The position numbers and the translations under genes were made by a program. This document shows positions 1 to 14,261 of a stretch of DNA of 64,000 nucleotides, in pieces. The notes under the pieces are model-generated. The model was not told the DNA's origin and did no database searches. It saw nothing but the letters and a program-made list of their open reading frames with translations. This DNA is from Veleropilina oligotropha (taxonomy: Eukaryota). Positions within the stretch are counted from its first letter, which is position 1. Every line of letters starts with the position of its first letter. The DNA lies in contig JBEUKZ010000069.1 of NCBI GenBank assembly GCA_048128005.1, forward strand, positions 1-64,000, written 5' to 3'.

Positions 1-263
1 TAAGTCCCCCCAGCCCAAATTTTTTATTTTTTTTTTTTGGATAGTGCTCCCTTTTTATTTTTTTATTTTTTCTCCATTATATTAAAAATGATAGTAAATT
101 TTTTTTTTTTTGGCGAATTTTCCGAATTTTTTTCGTGGTAAACCTTCCTTGGGGGACCCCGATTAACCCCCCAAAGTTTGAAGGTCCTAGGTCAAAGCGT
201 CTGGGAGGAGTTCAACTTGAAACAGACAGACACACATACAATTATAGCTCCATTATATTAAGA
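1..263 (-). mobile_element. 5' part of a non-autonomous Helitron-like repeat, running off the window edge
   Basis: Minus strand starts TCTTAATATAAT followed by a (TG)/(TCTG) microsatellite, a layout typical of non-autonomous Helitron 5' ends. Confidence 0.45.
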
Positions 264-490
264 TTATTTAATACATTTATAATGCGCCTATTCTAGTGTA
301 GCTCTAAGCGCAGTACAAACTATAACTAATATTACAGTACAATGTACACAAGAATATACAGGAGAGACATCAATGATACATACTATGAATGCAATAAGCA
401 ATAATAATAAACAGAATATTTTTTTGTTGAGTATTTTCAATTTTATTAATTTTTTTTTTTTTTACAAGCGCAATCAGACAAGCGCAATCA

Positions 491-493
<3 letters not shown>

Positions 494-554
<61 letters not shown>
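494..554. repeat. (TA)n microsatellite
   Basis: About 30 TA units; explains the YIYIYI ORFs. Confidence 0.98.
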
Positions 555-555
<1 letters not shown>

Positions 556-3520
556 GTCTGTAAAATATAGCATTGAAATGTCTTTATAAATTACGCTTGC
601 AAATCTATGAACTCTCTTCGCAAACAAATACTTATTATGTCGTAATCGGCCATGGCAAATAATAACCAGCATATCTCACATTGGTTGAATGTTGCATGCC
701 CTGTGACATATAATAGCCAAAACCCGACCTTACGCGATTCTGAAAAGTCCGCTTCAAAGAGTGTGATGTCAGGTCGCGTAAATCGACCATGGAAACGAAT
801 GATAAACGAGATCCCGTACTCTACGTGATTAACCGGGAAAATAATTATTCTGTTTCCAGTCCGTTTCAAAGGTATTGAATCCACAGTATGTTGTGTGCCT
901 TTGAATTTGTTATTCTAATTTTGCCGTATACGCATTTATGTGTAGAGTTCGCACTGCGTGCTCACTATAATTTAACTTTCAAAATATCAAAAAAAATTAC
1001 ACATATTGTTGTCATCTAAATAATATCTCTGATGTACTTATTTACATATAGATATAATATATTCTATGCATATATTTAATGTATCTTTAAAAGCAACTTT
1101 AAATAAATCTACATAAGTATACTTACATATTTTATGTGCGTTCAAACAAATCATTTGTTGCATATATGTTTCTTTAATATTTCTCTCTAATATTTAAAAA
1201 TGTTGTGTAATATTTAATAATTTCACCCAAGTTTTAGTATATATGTATATATGTATATACTCTTTGCTGTTTAACATTTTTCCATATATCCTAATATTTA
1301 ATATTTGATAACGTTTCTTTAATAATTATATCTTATATTGTTATATATATTATACACATTATAATATTGATATATTAATATTTATCTCTAATATTTAAAG
1401 ATGCATTGCACGTTATTATCGCTTATAGCCATACAAAGCCTTACTTACCTATTTGTGGATGTTAGAAAACAATTTATGTTTCAAATTGGAAGAATAAACA
1501 TTGTTTGGTGTTTTATAATAATCAATCCCCGCTGAAATCGCTGCCGGCTATCGAAATTTACATTGAACGGCGACCATTTTGGTGGAGACCAGTTAACTCG
1601 CGCAATGGCGTATTGGCACAATTATTTTTAGACAAACTGTTCATCGAAACATGCAGACGTTTGGTCAAATATGAAAAATGTATGTATCTAAATTGCATGC
1701 GAAGTGACGTTAATGTAAAATGTACATCAGTTATAATGTTGCATCTCAACTTTCCACAATTCCCATGCTACCTTCGGCCGTGGACAACTTGGACGAAATT
1801 TCTGACGACGAGATGCCAGCTACCCGGTTTAATTATTTTTTACTTTTAGTTCGTAGGCGCTCCAGGGACCCCGTCTTTAGATTTTCGGAAAATTACAAAG
1901 TTTCTAGCTTTGGCTAACTGTCAAAAATACATTTGAGGTCATTGGTTTAAAATTAATTTTCGCTACTTACGGGCAATGCAACTTTAATATTTTCTCTAAT
2001 ATTTAATATTTTATCTAATATTTAATCATGTTGTATTATTGTTTTTTATATTATATATTATCGATTCGACTAATCTTTTTATGAAATAATCTGGAAGATC
2101 GTATACTGTGATTACTTTCGCGTTTCATGTTATTGTGTATTTATTATATAACTGGAATTGAAAAGAAACCGGGAAATTACTATTCGAAATCAACATATTG
2201 TTCAGTAATGATATACACTTCATCAATTAAATTAATTTTCTTCGACTTATATAATTAATACATTCATCTCAATATCTTGTGAAAATTTGGTACATTTATA
2301 AGGAACTGAAATTCGATCATTATTTGCCGAATAAAATATATCAGAATGTCGGTCGGGCTGTTTAACATTAGCAAAGCATAACTGGTGACCAGGACGTAAG
2401 ATTGGAATTAGTCTCAAGTTGAGTTCAATTCCAATTTTATAAGCTCTCGTATTAATGTTTCGCAATATAAGGAAATTGTCTCTCTGGGTGCTACTAATCT
2501 AAAGAGGTTACAAAACAAACTAATTCTTGAACCCTCGTTATGATCATTAGGTTGCGTTCGCTAACGTTCGCGAAAATTGAACTCGCTCCTTGAACCCAGC
2601 ATGAACCCCCCCCCCCTTGAAGAATAAGGCAAATAGTATAAAATCTAAAGTTCTTGAATTTTCCTTTCGGCACACTCGTCAAATTGACATTAAGATGGCA
2701 TAGATATGTATCTAGGTGATGGAGAAAACCCGGTTTAACTAAACACCAACTGCCTATTTACATATAAGATAATAAGACCATCGCCACTGGAGGAGGTACG
2801 AAAGTGGTGCAATTGCCTCCATATGATGTATGCATATATGTATATGAATACGATTCAATCGATTTTGTTTATACAATATTGAGTGTGCCCTGGCTAGTTT
2901 CTCCCCGAATATGAACCAACGTATGATCCGGATCGGAATGCGGATCAATACTTTATGACGCAAACCCCAGTTTACTAATGTTATAGCTCTAGCGTTAAAA
3001 CTTCTAGGTGTACAGTCTTAAAATATTATTTAGAACACTGGAGACACACTAGGATATACATTAAATAGGCTGTTTTCGCCTCTTTATGTAATCTTAAATG
3101 GAAAGTAAATAATAGAATATGGATTTTTTTTTTTTATCACGTATCCATTTGTCGATTCGCAAGTTAACATGAAGCATAAAGTATTCCAATTATTATATAA
3201 TCGATTCAGTCATTATCATACTTTTAACATTAATGACTGCATTGGCGGCTGTGGTAGCTGGAAACTTCGCCCAATGCGTATTCGCACAAGCGGACGGTTA
3301 ATGCAGATAGATCTTAAATTCCAAGAATGGATTAGTGGATACAAATAATTTACACGTATTAATGTTATAATTATGCGTCGTGGTTTGTGAAAACACCGAT
3401 TTTGTTATTGGGCGAAACTTACTAATGCATTATTAATTTATTAGTGTATCTTTCAATGAATCTTTTATCCAATATCCGAGCATGACGTATTGTGCTTGAC
3501 CAGAAACGATAGGATGAGGG

Positions 3521-4321
3521 ATACAAGGAACGATAACTCTCTGCCCGGAGAATGTCATCGTATACAAGGAACGATAACTCTCTGCCCGGAAAATGTCACC
3601 GTATACAAGGAACGATAACTCTCTGCCCGGAGAATGTCATCGTATAAAAGGAACGATAACTCTCTGCCCGGAGAATGTCATCGTATACAAGGAACGATAA
3701 CTCTCTGCCCGGAGAATGTCATCGTATACAAGGAACGATAACTCTCTGCCCGGAGAATGTCATCGTATACAAGGAACGATAACTCTCTGCCCGGAGAATG
3801 TCATCGTATACAAGGAACGATGACTCTCTACCCGGAGAATGTCATCGTATACAAGGAACGATAACTCTCTGCCCGGAGAATGTCATCGTATACAAGGAAC
3901 GATAACTCTCTGCCCGGATAATGTCATCGTATACAAGGAACGATAACTCTCTGCCCGGAGAATGTCATCGTATACAAGGAACGATAACTCTCTGCCCGGA
4001 GAATGTCATCGTATACAATGAACGATAACTCTCTGCCCGGAGAATGTCATCGTATACAAGGAACGATAACTCTCTGCCCGGAGAATGTCATCGTATACAA
4101 GGAACGATAACTCTCTGCCCGGAGAATGTCATCGTATACAAGGAACGATAACTCTCTGCCCGGAGAATGTCATCGTATACAAGGAACGATAACTCTCTGC
4201 CCGGAGAATGTCATCGTATACAAGGAACGATAACTATCTGCCCGGAGAATGTCATCGTATACAAGGAACGATAACTCTCTGCTAGGAGAATGTCATCGTA
4301 TACAAGGAACGATAACTCTCT
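3521..4321. repeat. 41-bp minisatellite, about 19.5 copies
   Basis: Unit ATACAAGGAACGATAACTCTCTGCCCGGAGAATGTCATCGT repeated head to tail with rare substitutions. Confidence 0.97.
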
Positions 4322-4544
4322 TTTGTCGTATATTTAGACTATATCTTTCATGTACCTTTAAACTTTTCTTTAATTATAACGTATAAATTTAATGTTTCTT
4401 TAATATTTAATGTTTCTCTAATATTTAATAAAGAAAATACAATAATTATTGTAAGCCTATCGTATGTTGTTATTTTCGGTTATTGTTCACTACAACTCCA
4501 CCGGGCTATTATTATTATCCTCGCTTCCCTTTGTATGCGATCCC

Positions 4545-4712
4545 CTGAGGAAACCCGCCCTCTCCGACCAGATACGGACACTTGCGATTGGTAACTTCAA
4601 CAAATAATGTCATGTCCCAACCGAGGTTCGAACCACTACTGTTCGTGTCAGCGGAATTCAAGCCAGTGATATTTCGGTCCACAACTGAAACCATAGGACT
4701 GTCGGAGCGGCC
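4545..4712 (-). mobile_element. tRNA-derived SINE, diverged partial copy
   Basis: Similar to the SINE at 24367-24629 (GAAACCCGCCCTCT..., GGTTCGAACC B-box, GAGCGGCC 5' end). Confidence 0.65.
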
Positions 4713-5725
4713 TTCTCTCCTGTGAAGCGTTTGCATATATAACCTATCATTACCCCTTTGCTATATTTCTAGCATATTCAATGTAACGGGCATTGTTCTC
4801 ATCTGTGCATGATTGGCTACATAACAATTGGTGCGGGCAAAGTGAAGTCCTCCCCCCAACGAGGATGTACGATGACATTACAATTTTTCCTTGCTTCTTC
4901 TGACGATCCAATTGAACGATTGTTACTAGGCCTCATCACATCACCTGGTATGTCACCTAACATATCCAAATCAATTATATTGCATTTATCAGTCACGGTT
5001 ATAGTCTTCTAGCTGAGACAACTAAAATGTTACACGAGAAACTACAATCTATTTAAATTTATTTAGGACTCCGACGCGGTTTAACATTTTTCAGTGCACA
5101 TAACGGCCCTCGGTTTAGAGTCTCCGTTCGTCTTGGTATTATCTGTAACCTAGTCGGCAAAGACATCGTTACAACATTGAAAAGCCTTAAAACAAATATT
5201 ACGTTTTTATAGCGTTGGAACAACGTCCTTTAAATATATTATTGCTCGTAAATGCGCTCTTTTTTCTTTGAAAACAAAATTAACAAGTAGCAAATTAATG
5301 ACGAAAGTTAAGTGTTGAAAATTCCTAACTTTTTAAGCTATTAACAATAAGTGTAATGTGGTCAGTTTTCTTGTCAAAGAAAAAACGGCGCATGTACGGG
5401 CAATAGTCTATTTAATTTTCTCCCGAGGAGCGTCAGGATATTATTTTTTAAATAGATTTAAATGGAATTTGTTTGCGTTCAGAAAGAGCATTAGCCTACT
5501 GTCATCTGTCATCTGTATCCTGCCTTGTTTCCTAAAATATTAGCATAGTCGGCTTTTAATTTGGAAAATATATTGGGTTGAAACATTCGCACTTGAGTGT
5601 CCCGCTCAATGTCATCATTTACCGAAACAAAATAACTATTGTGCATAGGAAATATTAACGATTTACGACACAAATTATGATCAAATCCATACATAAGCAT
5701 CCTGTTAACTCGGCAGCAGACGTCG

Positions 5726-6586
5726 CCGGTCCGTGTGACACTTTACATTTCAGCTTTCCATAAAATCGAAAGTACAACATTACTTTTAACTTCTTACTTC
5801 CATGTACAGTTTTAAAGATGAAAAGGTCAGAAGCTCGTCACCGTGTCCAACTTCTATCTTTTCAACTTTGGTTTGAAACATAAAAAGTAGAAAAATGGCA
5901 ACTGGTTCCAACATTCTATTATGATATTATTTTCCAATTTTTTTCATGTAATACTCTCGTGAAAATATTACAATGGTAACGGTCCGTGTGACACTTAAAA
6001 CTTCAGCTTTCCATCTTCATTATTCTCCGACGGAAAGCTCGAAAACACAATATTACTTCTAACTTCTTACTTCCATGTACAGTATTAAAGATGAAAAGCT
6101 CAGAAGCTCGTCATCGTATCCATCTTCTATCTTTTCAAATTTGGTTTGAAACGTAAAATAGGAGAAAAATGTTAACTGCTTCCAACATTCTATTATGGTA
6201 TTTTATTTTATTTTTTAACCACAGGCGCAATTTTCCATTTTCCGGGCAACCACTTCATGTAAGACTCACGTGAAAAATATTATAATGGTAACGAACCCTG
6301 ACCCTAATACCCATCGAATATGTATACGCAGTTTAGAGTTAGGCATACGTATATTCCATGGGCATTAGGGTCAGTGTTAGTCAGCAGGGTTCGTTACCAT
6401 TATTCGGTGTTGTAAAACATTGTTGGAAAGTTAGAAGATGCATGGAAACGATTACGAGCTTTTGATCTTACATCTTTAAAACCATACATGGAAGAAAGAA
6501 GCTAGAAGTAATGCTGTGCTTTCGAGCTTTGCATCGGTGAATAACGAAGATGGAAAGCTGAAATTTCAAGTGTCACACGGACCGTC
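5726..6586. repeat. Foldback-type element: two direct copies of a ~250-bp unit, a central palindrome and one inverted copy
   Basis: CGGTCCGTGTGACAC...CAGCTTTCCAT at ~5728 and ~5980, inverted at ~6550-6584; central inverted repeat AATGGTAACGAACCCTG / CAGGGTTCGTTACCATT at ~6284-6401. Confidence 0.75.
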
Positions 6587-7001
6587 GCTGTTTGGCCTTT
6601 GTTTCACAGCAAGAATTGACCAGTCCTCATCATCGCTGTCCGCGAGTATATACAGTATAGGTTAAATCATATGAACAATATCATTTAGCCATTTCCGCAT
6701 ATAAATCGACGATTAAAATGCCACAACGCATTCGAAATGTCCGTATTCCCAGTTGATTAATTATGCAATGTTTTTGTAATGGAACTTGTATAATAAAATT
6801 CTAAATGTTATATGGTCGCGTTTGGGCTGGTAATTTATAAACATATTGATTTGAGCCCCTTAGTGCGAGAGTGTTGTAACTCCAATTTTTTTAATATAGA
6901 TAAAACGTCTTGTAAAGTTAAATTAAAATGTTCAAATCTGTAAATGATATTTCTTAAATAACATTGGCTACATTTATTCATATATTGGACATAATTTGTA
7001 A

Positions 7002-7458
7002 AGAGACTATTGCCCGTAAATGCGCTCTTTCGCACGAAGTGTCTCTGGCACGAGTTGTGCTGACTCCCTCTATCGCCCGGTTCGCGCAGATTGATACAAA
7101 TTTCGCGAAGATATGATCGATATATCATCAAATGATAGACTTTTATTGAAATTATTATTGTAACTGGGTAATATATGTTATTGTCAAGTAGAAAGCTATC
7201 TTAATTGACGAGAAGAAAGCAACGCAACTGGGCTCCAACTAGGTCAAATGGAAAATAACTTGGTGCGAGGTAATTAAACGCGGACCGCGTTTAATTATTT
7301 TTTTTAAATTATTCAGTAGCGATTAATTTAAACGGTAGCAAAGTACTGGCGAAAGTTGAGGGTTGAAAATTCCTAACTTTTTATGTTATAAACAAAAAGT
7401 GTAATGCTGTTAGTTTTCTTTTTAAAAAATAAAGAGCGCATTTACGGCCATAGTCTCT
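7002..7458. mobile_element. MITE with ~30-bp TIRs, Kolobok-like (AG termini, TTAA-like flanks)
   Basis: AGAGACTATTGCCCGTAAATGCGCTCTTT ... AAAGAGCGCATTTACGGCCATAGTCTCT|TTAA; related copies at ~5235-5413 and ~44824-45048. Confidence 0.75.
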
Positions 7459-9091
7459 TTAAGACAAAATTATAATAAATTATTTTTCGTTATTTTTCGA
7501 AAAAGAAATGTGCAAACAATATATAAATAATAAACAACTTATATTTTGAGAGCTACACCACTATTGCACTAAAAACTATATTTGTTATCAAATAGGTAAA
7601 AGAGTCAATGTGATCAGGTTTGGTAATATCATTGCAATTAAATGGCACACATTTAAGCTTCATGTATTTTAATTGATATATATATATGCATTAAGAATTT
7701 CAGCTATATTGAATTTAATGTATAATCACTTCGGATTATCATTCACCAATTGGAGTTCCACCACTATTGCACAAAATCACCAATGGTGTTTATGGATACG
7801 ACTTGATTGAAAATATTTTATTCCATACACAAATCATTGAAGAGGTATAAAAGTGAGGATGCACACACATTCTATTACTAATCATTAATTTTTATCATAT
7901 TGCAAACTACATGTGAAATTCACTTAACTACGATTAAATTTACTATTTATAATGGTTTATCATTATCCAAGGGAGATAATCCGCTACTGGTATATTATAA
8001 TACTCTTATTATTATATAATCATGCTTAAAATAATAAAAACCATCTATACACAATTAAAACCTGTGTTATCCAGGGTTTTTTAAAGCTTCAGCAAGAGTA
8101 AGCTACTTAGAACAAGCATTATGTGGGTGGGACAGACGTTTAAGATGGAGTCACACCACTATTGCACTAAACGGATGCCTCATTTTATAATTACCTGAAT
8201 CTGTTACCTTCTTTTATAATTATAAATAATGTGACATTTAGTAATACCTTTATTGCACTAAACAGATCAACCATTTAAATAACTAAAAACACAATAATAT
8301 AAAAATTCACAAAAATTGGAGTTACACCACTATTGCACTGAGGGACTTATTTATCTTGATTTTGCCGCGAATCCTCTCCTCTGATTGGCTGACATTATTT
8401 TATTAACTGAAGATAAACCCCACAAAGCCTTGGTATTTGAAAGCTTAGACCACGGCTGACGTCGCCTGTCAATCAAAAGGTTCCCATCGAAAAATGTTAA
8501 GTGGGCGTAATTGAGTTGTCGTCTGCCATTTTTATTCTGCTAATTTTCCTTTGAATGATTCTGCAATCTTGATCGTATACTGCGCTCAGTTTCGTGCCAA
8601 GCGTTACATCTACTCTTTGTTGGCTCTTAACGGTCTTAACTTGCATAATAATTGGATAATGAAACAGGAAGAGTTGACATTTCGAAATCGAATGGCACAT
8701 TCCAAGTAGGGTCTTACGAATTTTTTATTGTTACAAATACCCAAACAGGGACGCACACAATGCAGTGGAACCCATAGCAAAGTGGAACACGGGAAAGGTG
8801 AATCAGACCCAAGGTAGAGACTATCCGTGCTGTTATCTCTTTGTAACTTGTAGGAATGAATTATCTGACAAAATGCCGTTTTGTTCAAGAATTCCTACAT
8901 ATACTACCAGTTATGTTAATAAAATTAAAGTCTATGTGTACTATGCACTTACTGATATTTATTGTATAGATTTGCGTTGTGGCCACACTTCATTTAGAAT
9001 ATGCAGGGCAAGCATGTTGTCCATATCTTGCAAATGATATCAAAATTACAGAACAAGTTCAAAGAAGAGCCACACAAAATTGATAGGAAAA

Positions 9092-9410
9092 TTAATAATA
9101 ATAATAATGGACATTTGTATTGCGACATATCCACCAAAGAATGCATGCTCATAGCGCTGCATTGGTATAAATAAACGCGTTATTCGAAATACAGCCGAAA
9201 TAAGTAAGTTTGCAATGATGTTTTGAACGAGTTCAGAGAGGGAGAGTATTTGAGAGGCAAAGGAAGCTTATTCAAGAGGGTCGATGCCGCATGTGCAAAC
9301 GTTCGCTAACCGAAATATTTCAGTTTTCGTTTGGGAGTAACGAGCAGACCTTTTTGCTCAGATCTGAGGCTTCTGCCCGGTGCATACTCAGAGACAAGGT
9401 CAGACAGACA
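9092..9410 (-). mobile_element. L2-like LINE 3' fragment
   Basis: Minus strand reads RSLRSEQKGLLVTPKRKLKYFG*RTFAHAAS...LP...SLNSFKTSLQTYLF, ending in an (ATT)n tail. Confidence 0.7.
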
Positions 9411-9414
9411 GAAT

Positions 9415-9848
9415 TGGGGGAAATGCCATATGAGGACAGACTAATTATATAAGAACACTCAACCTCACAACATTATCTTTGAGAAGGATAAGAAGAGATA
9501 TGATTCAGGTGTTTAAATTGTTTACAGGAAAAGACAACGTTGGCAATAGTTTCTTTTTTCAGATGAACCAAAGGCATACCAGGGGGCATCAATATAAGAT
9601 TTACAAAAAACGATTCCGACTAGACGTTAGAAAACACATTTTCTCAAGTCGGGTTGTCGATGTATGGAATACTCTTCCTAATAATGTAGTGAAATCGACA
9701 TCTGTTAACCAATTAAAAAATCGCATAGATGAGCATTATAAGAAACAGAGCAGGTTATAGAGGTCAAGACAAACACAATGGGTTTTTTTATATGAGAGAC
9801 AGTAATGCGCTTTCTAAACCAAACATATTCTTTTCAAATCTATTAAAT
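9415..9848 (+). mobile_element. CR1/L2-clade LINE 3' fragment
   Basis: RRIRRDMIQVFK...[34 protein letters not shown] is the typical CR1-group ORF2 C-terminus; second copy at 18421-18763. Confidence 0.85.
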
Positions 9849-10640
9849 CCATGTGCAGAAAAAGTAGAACGTATTTGTTAAGGTATGGATCACAGGTGTT
9901 CGTAACTGTTCGGAGAGGGCGTGTTTCTCTGGGCGACCGAGCCTGTATATCGCGATAATACGTATATGTCCTGCTTTGAACCTAATGGTCGTAAATATAC
10001 TTGACATTAGGCCTCGATTTTTCCTTTCCATTTTATCCTTCCTACAATCCTTCCAGTATGCTGTTCGAAATGGTATTGAACAATGACGCGCCACCCACTC
10101 CAAGTCCATCCAATAATACACCACGCTCTCCAGGTACGACCAACAACACACTACATGCTCCAGGTCTGACCGACAATAGGCCACCCACTTCAGGTTCATC
10201 AGTAATGCACCATCAGCTCTAGATCCATATAACAATGTATCACCCATCCACGTACATCCAACAATGCAACAGCGTGGCCGATAGCATTACCAATATTAGG
10301 CAGACATAATGGGCATCCCCAAAGTTAGCAAGCACTCAACAGTGGAGGCAAGACATGATACTGACTGCTCGTCCATACATGAAAGAGTTGCAGAATTATC
10401 AAAGTTGGAAATGCAAGAAAAATGCCTCAAAAATGTAGTTGTTTGCTGACACTCATGGTAAAATGAAGAAGAGTCGCGGTGGAAAGACAGGTGGAAAAGG
10501 AAAATCTGGCAGTGAAGGTTCAGGAACCCTGCTTGTATTAACTTTTCTAGCCGTTAATCCAAAGGATCCAAAGATATGAACAGTGGATCATGTTTGACGC
10601 ATGTCGCAAATGTGCACACGAACAGTGTGCAGGAACAGAT

Positions 10641-10935
10641 GGTTCATGCACATGACGTCGAAGTTTTAACAAGGTTTCACTCTTCTGGTCAATTTTCTTT
10701 CGACGTCTTGTGCATTTTCGAGCTTAGGAGATTACCTATAACAATGATAAAATTAGATGGTTACGGCTCGATGGATTTATCTAAGTGAAGACTGGAGACA
10801 TAAATGAGTTTTGCTCACTAATGTCATTTTTTACGATCAATTTTTACGGTCGCATTCACTGATGTCATTTTTTCTTCACGATTCGACGTCGTGTGCATTC
10901 CCGAATTTTAAAATTCGACGTCATGTGCAGACACC
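10641..10935. mobile_element. MITE with GG termini and 8-bp TSD (Merlin- or MULE-like)
   Basis: TIRs GGTTCATGCACATGACGTCGAA / TTCGACGTCATGTGCAGACACC; GAACAGAT on both flanks (10633-10640 and 10936-10943). Confidence 0.75.
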
Positions 10936-11585
10936 GAACAGATGAAGGATTGAATTGAATTTGTGAATTATACTAGTTTTTCACATGACAAATCTGTTAT
11001 GCAACGGCAAAAATCCATTTAATAAATTCAATATGAATCACATGTTACATAAGTATGCAAATGAGGGCGATCATGTTTCCATCCGGGTCGCATCTGCCGC
11101 ATCACCATAATTAACATATTGAATAATTCATACACGTTGACTGGTCCTCTGCTGACAAAACACAAGACGTCTGAGCTAGTAACAAATTACCGGACTATTT
11201 GTATTGTCGTTCGTGTGTATTTTGGCGTGGCATGATGCGTCTGAGGCATGCCATTTATGAATGAAAATACTGACGGAAATCAATTTAAAAACGTATATAT
11301 ATATATCTCTACATATGAATTTTATTTAATATTGCTGCTGTCTATTGTTAGTGTTTGTCCGGATAAAAATGACACAATAAAATGTTTTGCTTAATATCCG
11401 TTTGTCATTATAATTATTTACCAACACAAACTTTTTTGGTCCGATTTGCCAGGGTTCCCCTATAATTAGATAGGCCTAGTCCAACACGCTGTGTAAAAAA
11501 TGGCCAATAGGGCTTAATTGCTTCTTGCATTTTGAGTATTACAAAATAATATGCAAATTTTCAGCAACCACAACCAAACACTGTG

Positions 11586-12033
11586 TTTTTATGTCTTGAC
11601 GTTTTTTTTGTAAAAAAGGACAAGACATTATCAAATGGTCCGTGTGTATATACTTATATACTTATATACTTATATATATATCCGTCGATTTATTTGAAAA
11701 CTACCCGCTCAATTTTCACCAAAATTGGTACACACATTCCCAAGAGTATTTGTAGGTCGTGTATGTAACTTTCGCGACACAATTTTGCAAAAATATGCAT
11801 TTATTGAGCACTTTTATCCATATTTGTATATAACGGATGTCTAATATTGCAAGCAAATGGCAATGACGTCATTACGACGTCGCCTTAGATTAATCGTCAT
11901 TTGGTGACGTCACAATCGACGGGGTAGTAAATTCAGCCATGAAGTACTTGCACTTAGCCATTGTATTAACTGTTATGAAAATTTGAAGGAAATAAAGAAA
12001 GGTCAAGACATATTTCGAACGCGTCGTTCTTGT
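11586..12033 (+). mobile_element. HINE/DINE-1-like non-autonomous Helentron, copy 1
   Basis: 5' subTIR ATGTCTTGAC with nearby inverted copy, internal (TATACT) microsatellite, 3' subTIR GTCAAGACAT, GAACGCGTCGTTC hairpin, T-rich flanks. Confidence 0.75.
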
Positions 12034-12149
12034 TTTACAACTCACCCATAGGCCTACACATAAAAGCCCACATGTCTTTTTTCATAACGATCGATGTAAT
12101 GCTATCATTAATTGACTTCCCATCCAATTAGGCATATGGATATTTCTTA

Positions 12150-12605
12150 TTTTTATGTCTTGACCTTTTTGTAAAAAAGGACAAGACATTATCAAATGGT
12201 CCGTGTGTATATACTTATATACTTATATACTTATATACTTATATATATATATCCGTCGATTTATTTGAAAACTACCCGCTCAATTTTCACCAAAATTGGT
12301 ACACACATTCCCAAGAGTATTTGTAGGTCGTGTATGTAACTTTCGAGACACAATTTTGCAAAAATATGCATTTATTGAGCACTTTTATCCATATTTGTAT
12401 ATAACGGATGTCTAATATTGCAAGCAAATGGCAATGACGTCATTACGACGTCGCCTTAAATTAATCGTCATTTGGTGACGTCACAATCGACGGGGTAGTA
12501 AATTCAGCCATGAAGTACTTGCACTTAGCCATTGTATTAACTGTTATGAAAATTTGAGGGAAATAAAGAAAGGTCAAGACATATTTCGAACGCGTCGTTC
12601 TTGTT
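12150..12605 (+). mobile_element. HINE/DINE-1-like element, copy 2
   Basis: Near-identical to 11586-12033. Confidence 0.75.
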
Positions 12606-13288
12606 AATACTTTAATTGGATTCGTTTCCTTGAAAGTTAGGGTATCTGGGACTACTGGTATAGTAGTTTATTATATGCCAGTTGTTTTCTGACGCCTATT
12701 AATTCTCGCGCATTTTTCCGAGACCCATGTATCACGGACACAGCTGATATGGATTCGGAAAATGTCCCCTGCTTATATATTGAAAATGGCTGCCAAATCA
12801 TAGGAACTATACTTCCAAGTCATTATAGAAAAACATGTGTTAGCTTTACCGCATATATCGAAGTAACATATATCTTGAAGCTTAAATTACATTATTTCTA
12901 TTTAGATAAAAATGAATTGGCATTAAAAAAATACAGAAATGCATCTGGTAAATTTTATAAAACTAAGAAGGAAGAACATTATTTCTTATTTTACGCCAAC
13001 TCGCAATGTCAATTTCTTGAGAACCTTTCAAACATTCCTTATGAGGTAACGTCATATTTATATACATAGTGATGTGACGTCAAATGCATAGTTACGTGAT
13101 GTATTTCCTCATGAGGTGACGTCATGTTTATATACATAGTGATGTGACGTCAAATGAATAGTTACGTGATGTATTTATGTACTGATTCGCGTTGTTAAAT
13201 AAGCCTAAACTATGTCAACTTCCCTTACAGATTCATGACTAAAATTGCCAAAATATTTCGATTAAATTTAATAAGAAACTTGACGTGG

Positions 13289-13495
13289 CATATAATAAAA
13301 ATGTTATCAGCAATTATGTGAATTCTGGCACGTCGGAAACCTCTCGTGAGGTTGTAGTTTTTGCGGCGGATAAATCGCTCTTAAATAAATAACTTCGTTC
13401 TCGCGATTAATCCGCCTCAAAAACTACGACCTCACTCGAGGTTTCAGACGTTCCAGAATCCACACAATACCGATAACATCATTTTATATTATATG
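13289..13495. repeat. Long imperfect hairpin next to the Crypton-like relic
   Basis: Arms ...GGAAACCTCTCGTGAGGTTGTAGTTTTTGCGGCGGAT / ATCCGCCTCAAAAACTACGACCTCACTCGAGGTTTC... Confidence 0.8.
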
Positions 13496-14261
13496 TAGGT
13501 TATACCATGCTAAGTAAAGAGTGTATATGCTTGATAGACACAGTTTTCCACCGCTGAGTAAAGCCGCTTTAACACTGGGCTTTAACTCGGTTTCATCGCG
13601 GGTTGAAGTGTTCACACTACGCCTTATTATCCGAGTTGCTTGCGAGTATGATTCTGGTGAGAATCCGGAAAAGTAGTAGGATTCAATTCGAGTTGAATTT
13701 GGAGTCGCAACTATTTCCGGATAACGAATGATTGGGCCAATGAATGTGATCCCTTGATCTCGCAAACAGCGCGAATATTACTAAATGTGTATTTAGATGG
13801 TGATTTCCTTCATTTTTAAAAACTTTTGTGACATATCGGGACTGCGCATGATTAGCACATCGTTCTCGAATTAAATGCTCTCCAGTCTGAGCACTCTCCA
13901 GTCTCTGCGTAGGAGAGTGCACTAAATGCATCATTTCTTTCGTTCTCTCGGAGTGCTGTGCAAATGTCATTATAATAAATAGGGTCATTAAACTTATTAA
14001 ATGTATTACGGCGCTTTGTATGTATTAAATTCGTTCTAAGCCATGAAACCCGCCTTTGTCTATCATGTTTATTCTCAGGTTACGCCACTATACCTGGTCG
14101 GAGGGGAGTATACTAGTATATGCAATATGCCTAAGAGTAAGAAAAGAACAGGTAAATTATCGCTAATCATCTTCAACTACAATACACAGCGGCATAGAGC
14201 TCTATATCCCAAAACCCGGATCGATCTACTTGTAATGTGAACACATCAACACGGGCTATGC

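Noticed and set aside
370..672. ORFs with YIYIYI runs (also 19456-19710)
   Set aside because: Translations of (TA)n microsatellites
3521..4321. CRISPR-like regular array
   Set aside because: Units are contiguous with no unique spacers, there are no cas genes, and the context is eukaryotic
10030..10520. Coding-like Pro/Ser/Thr-rich stretch
   Set aside because: Multiple stops and no identifiable family
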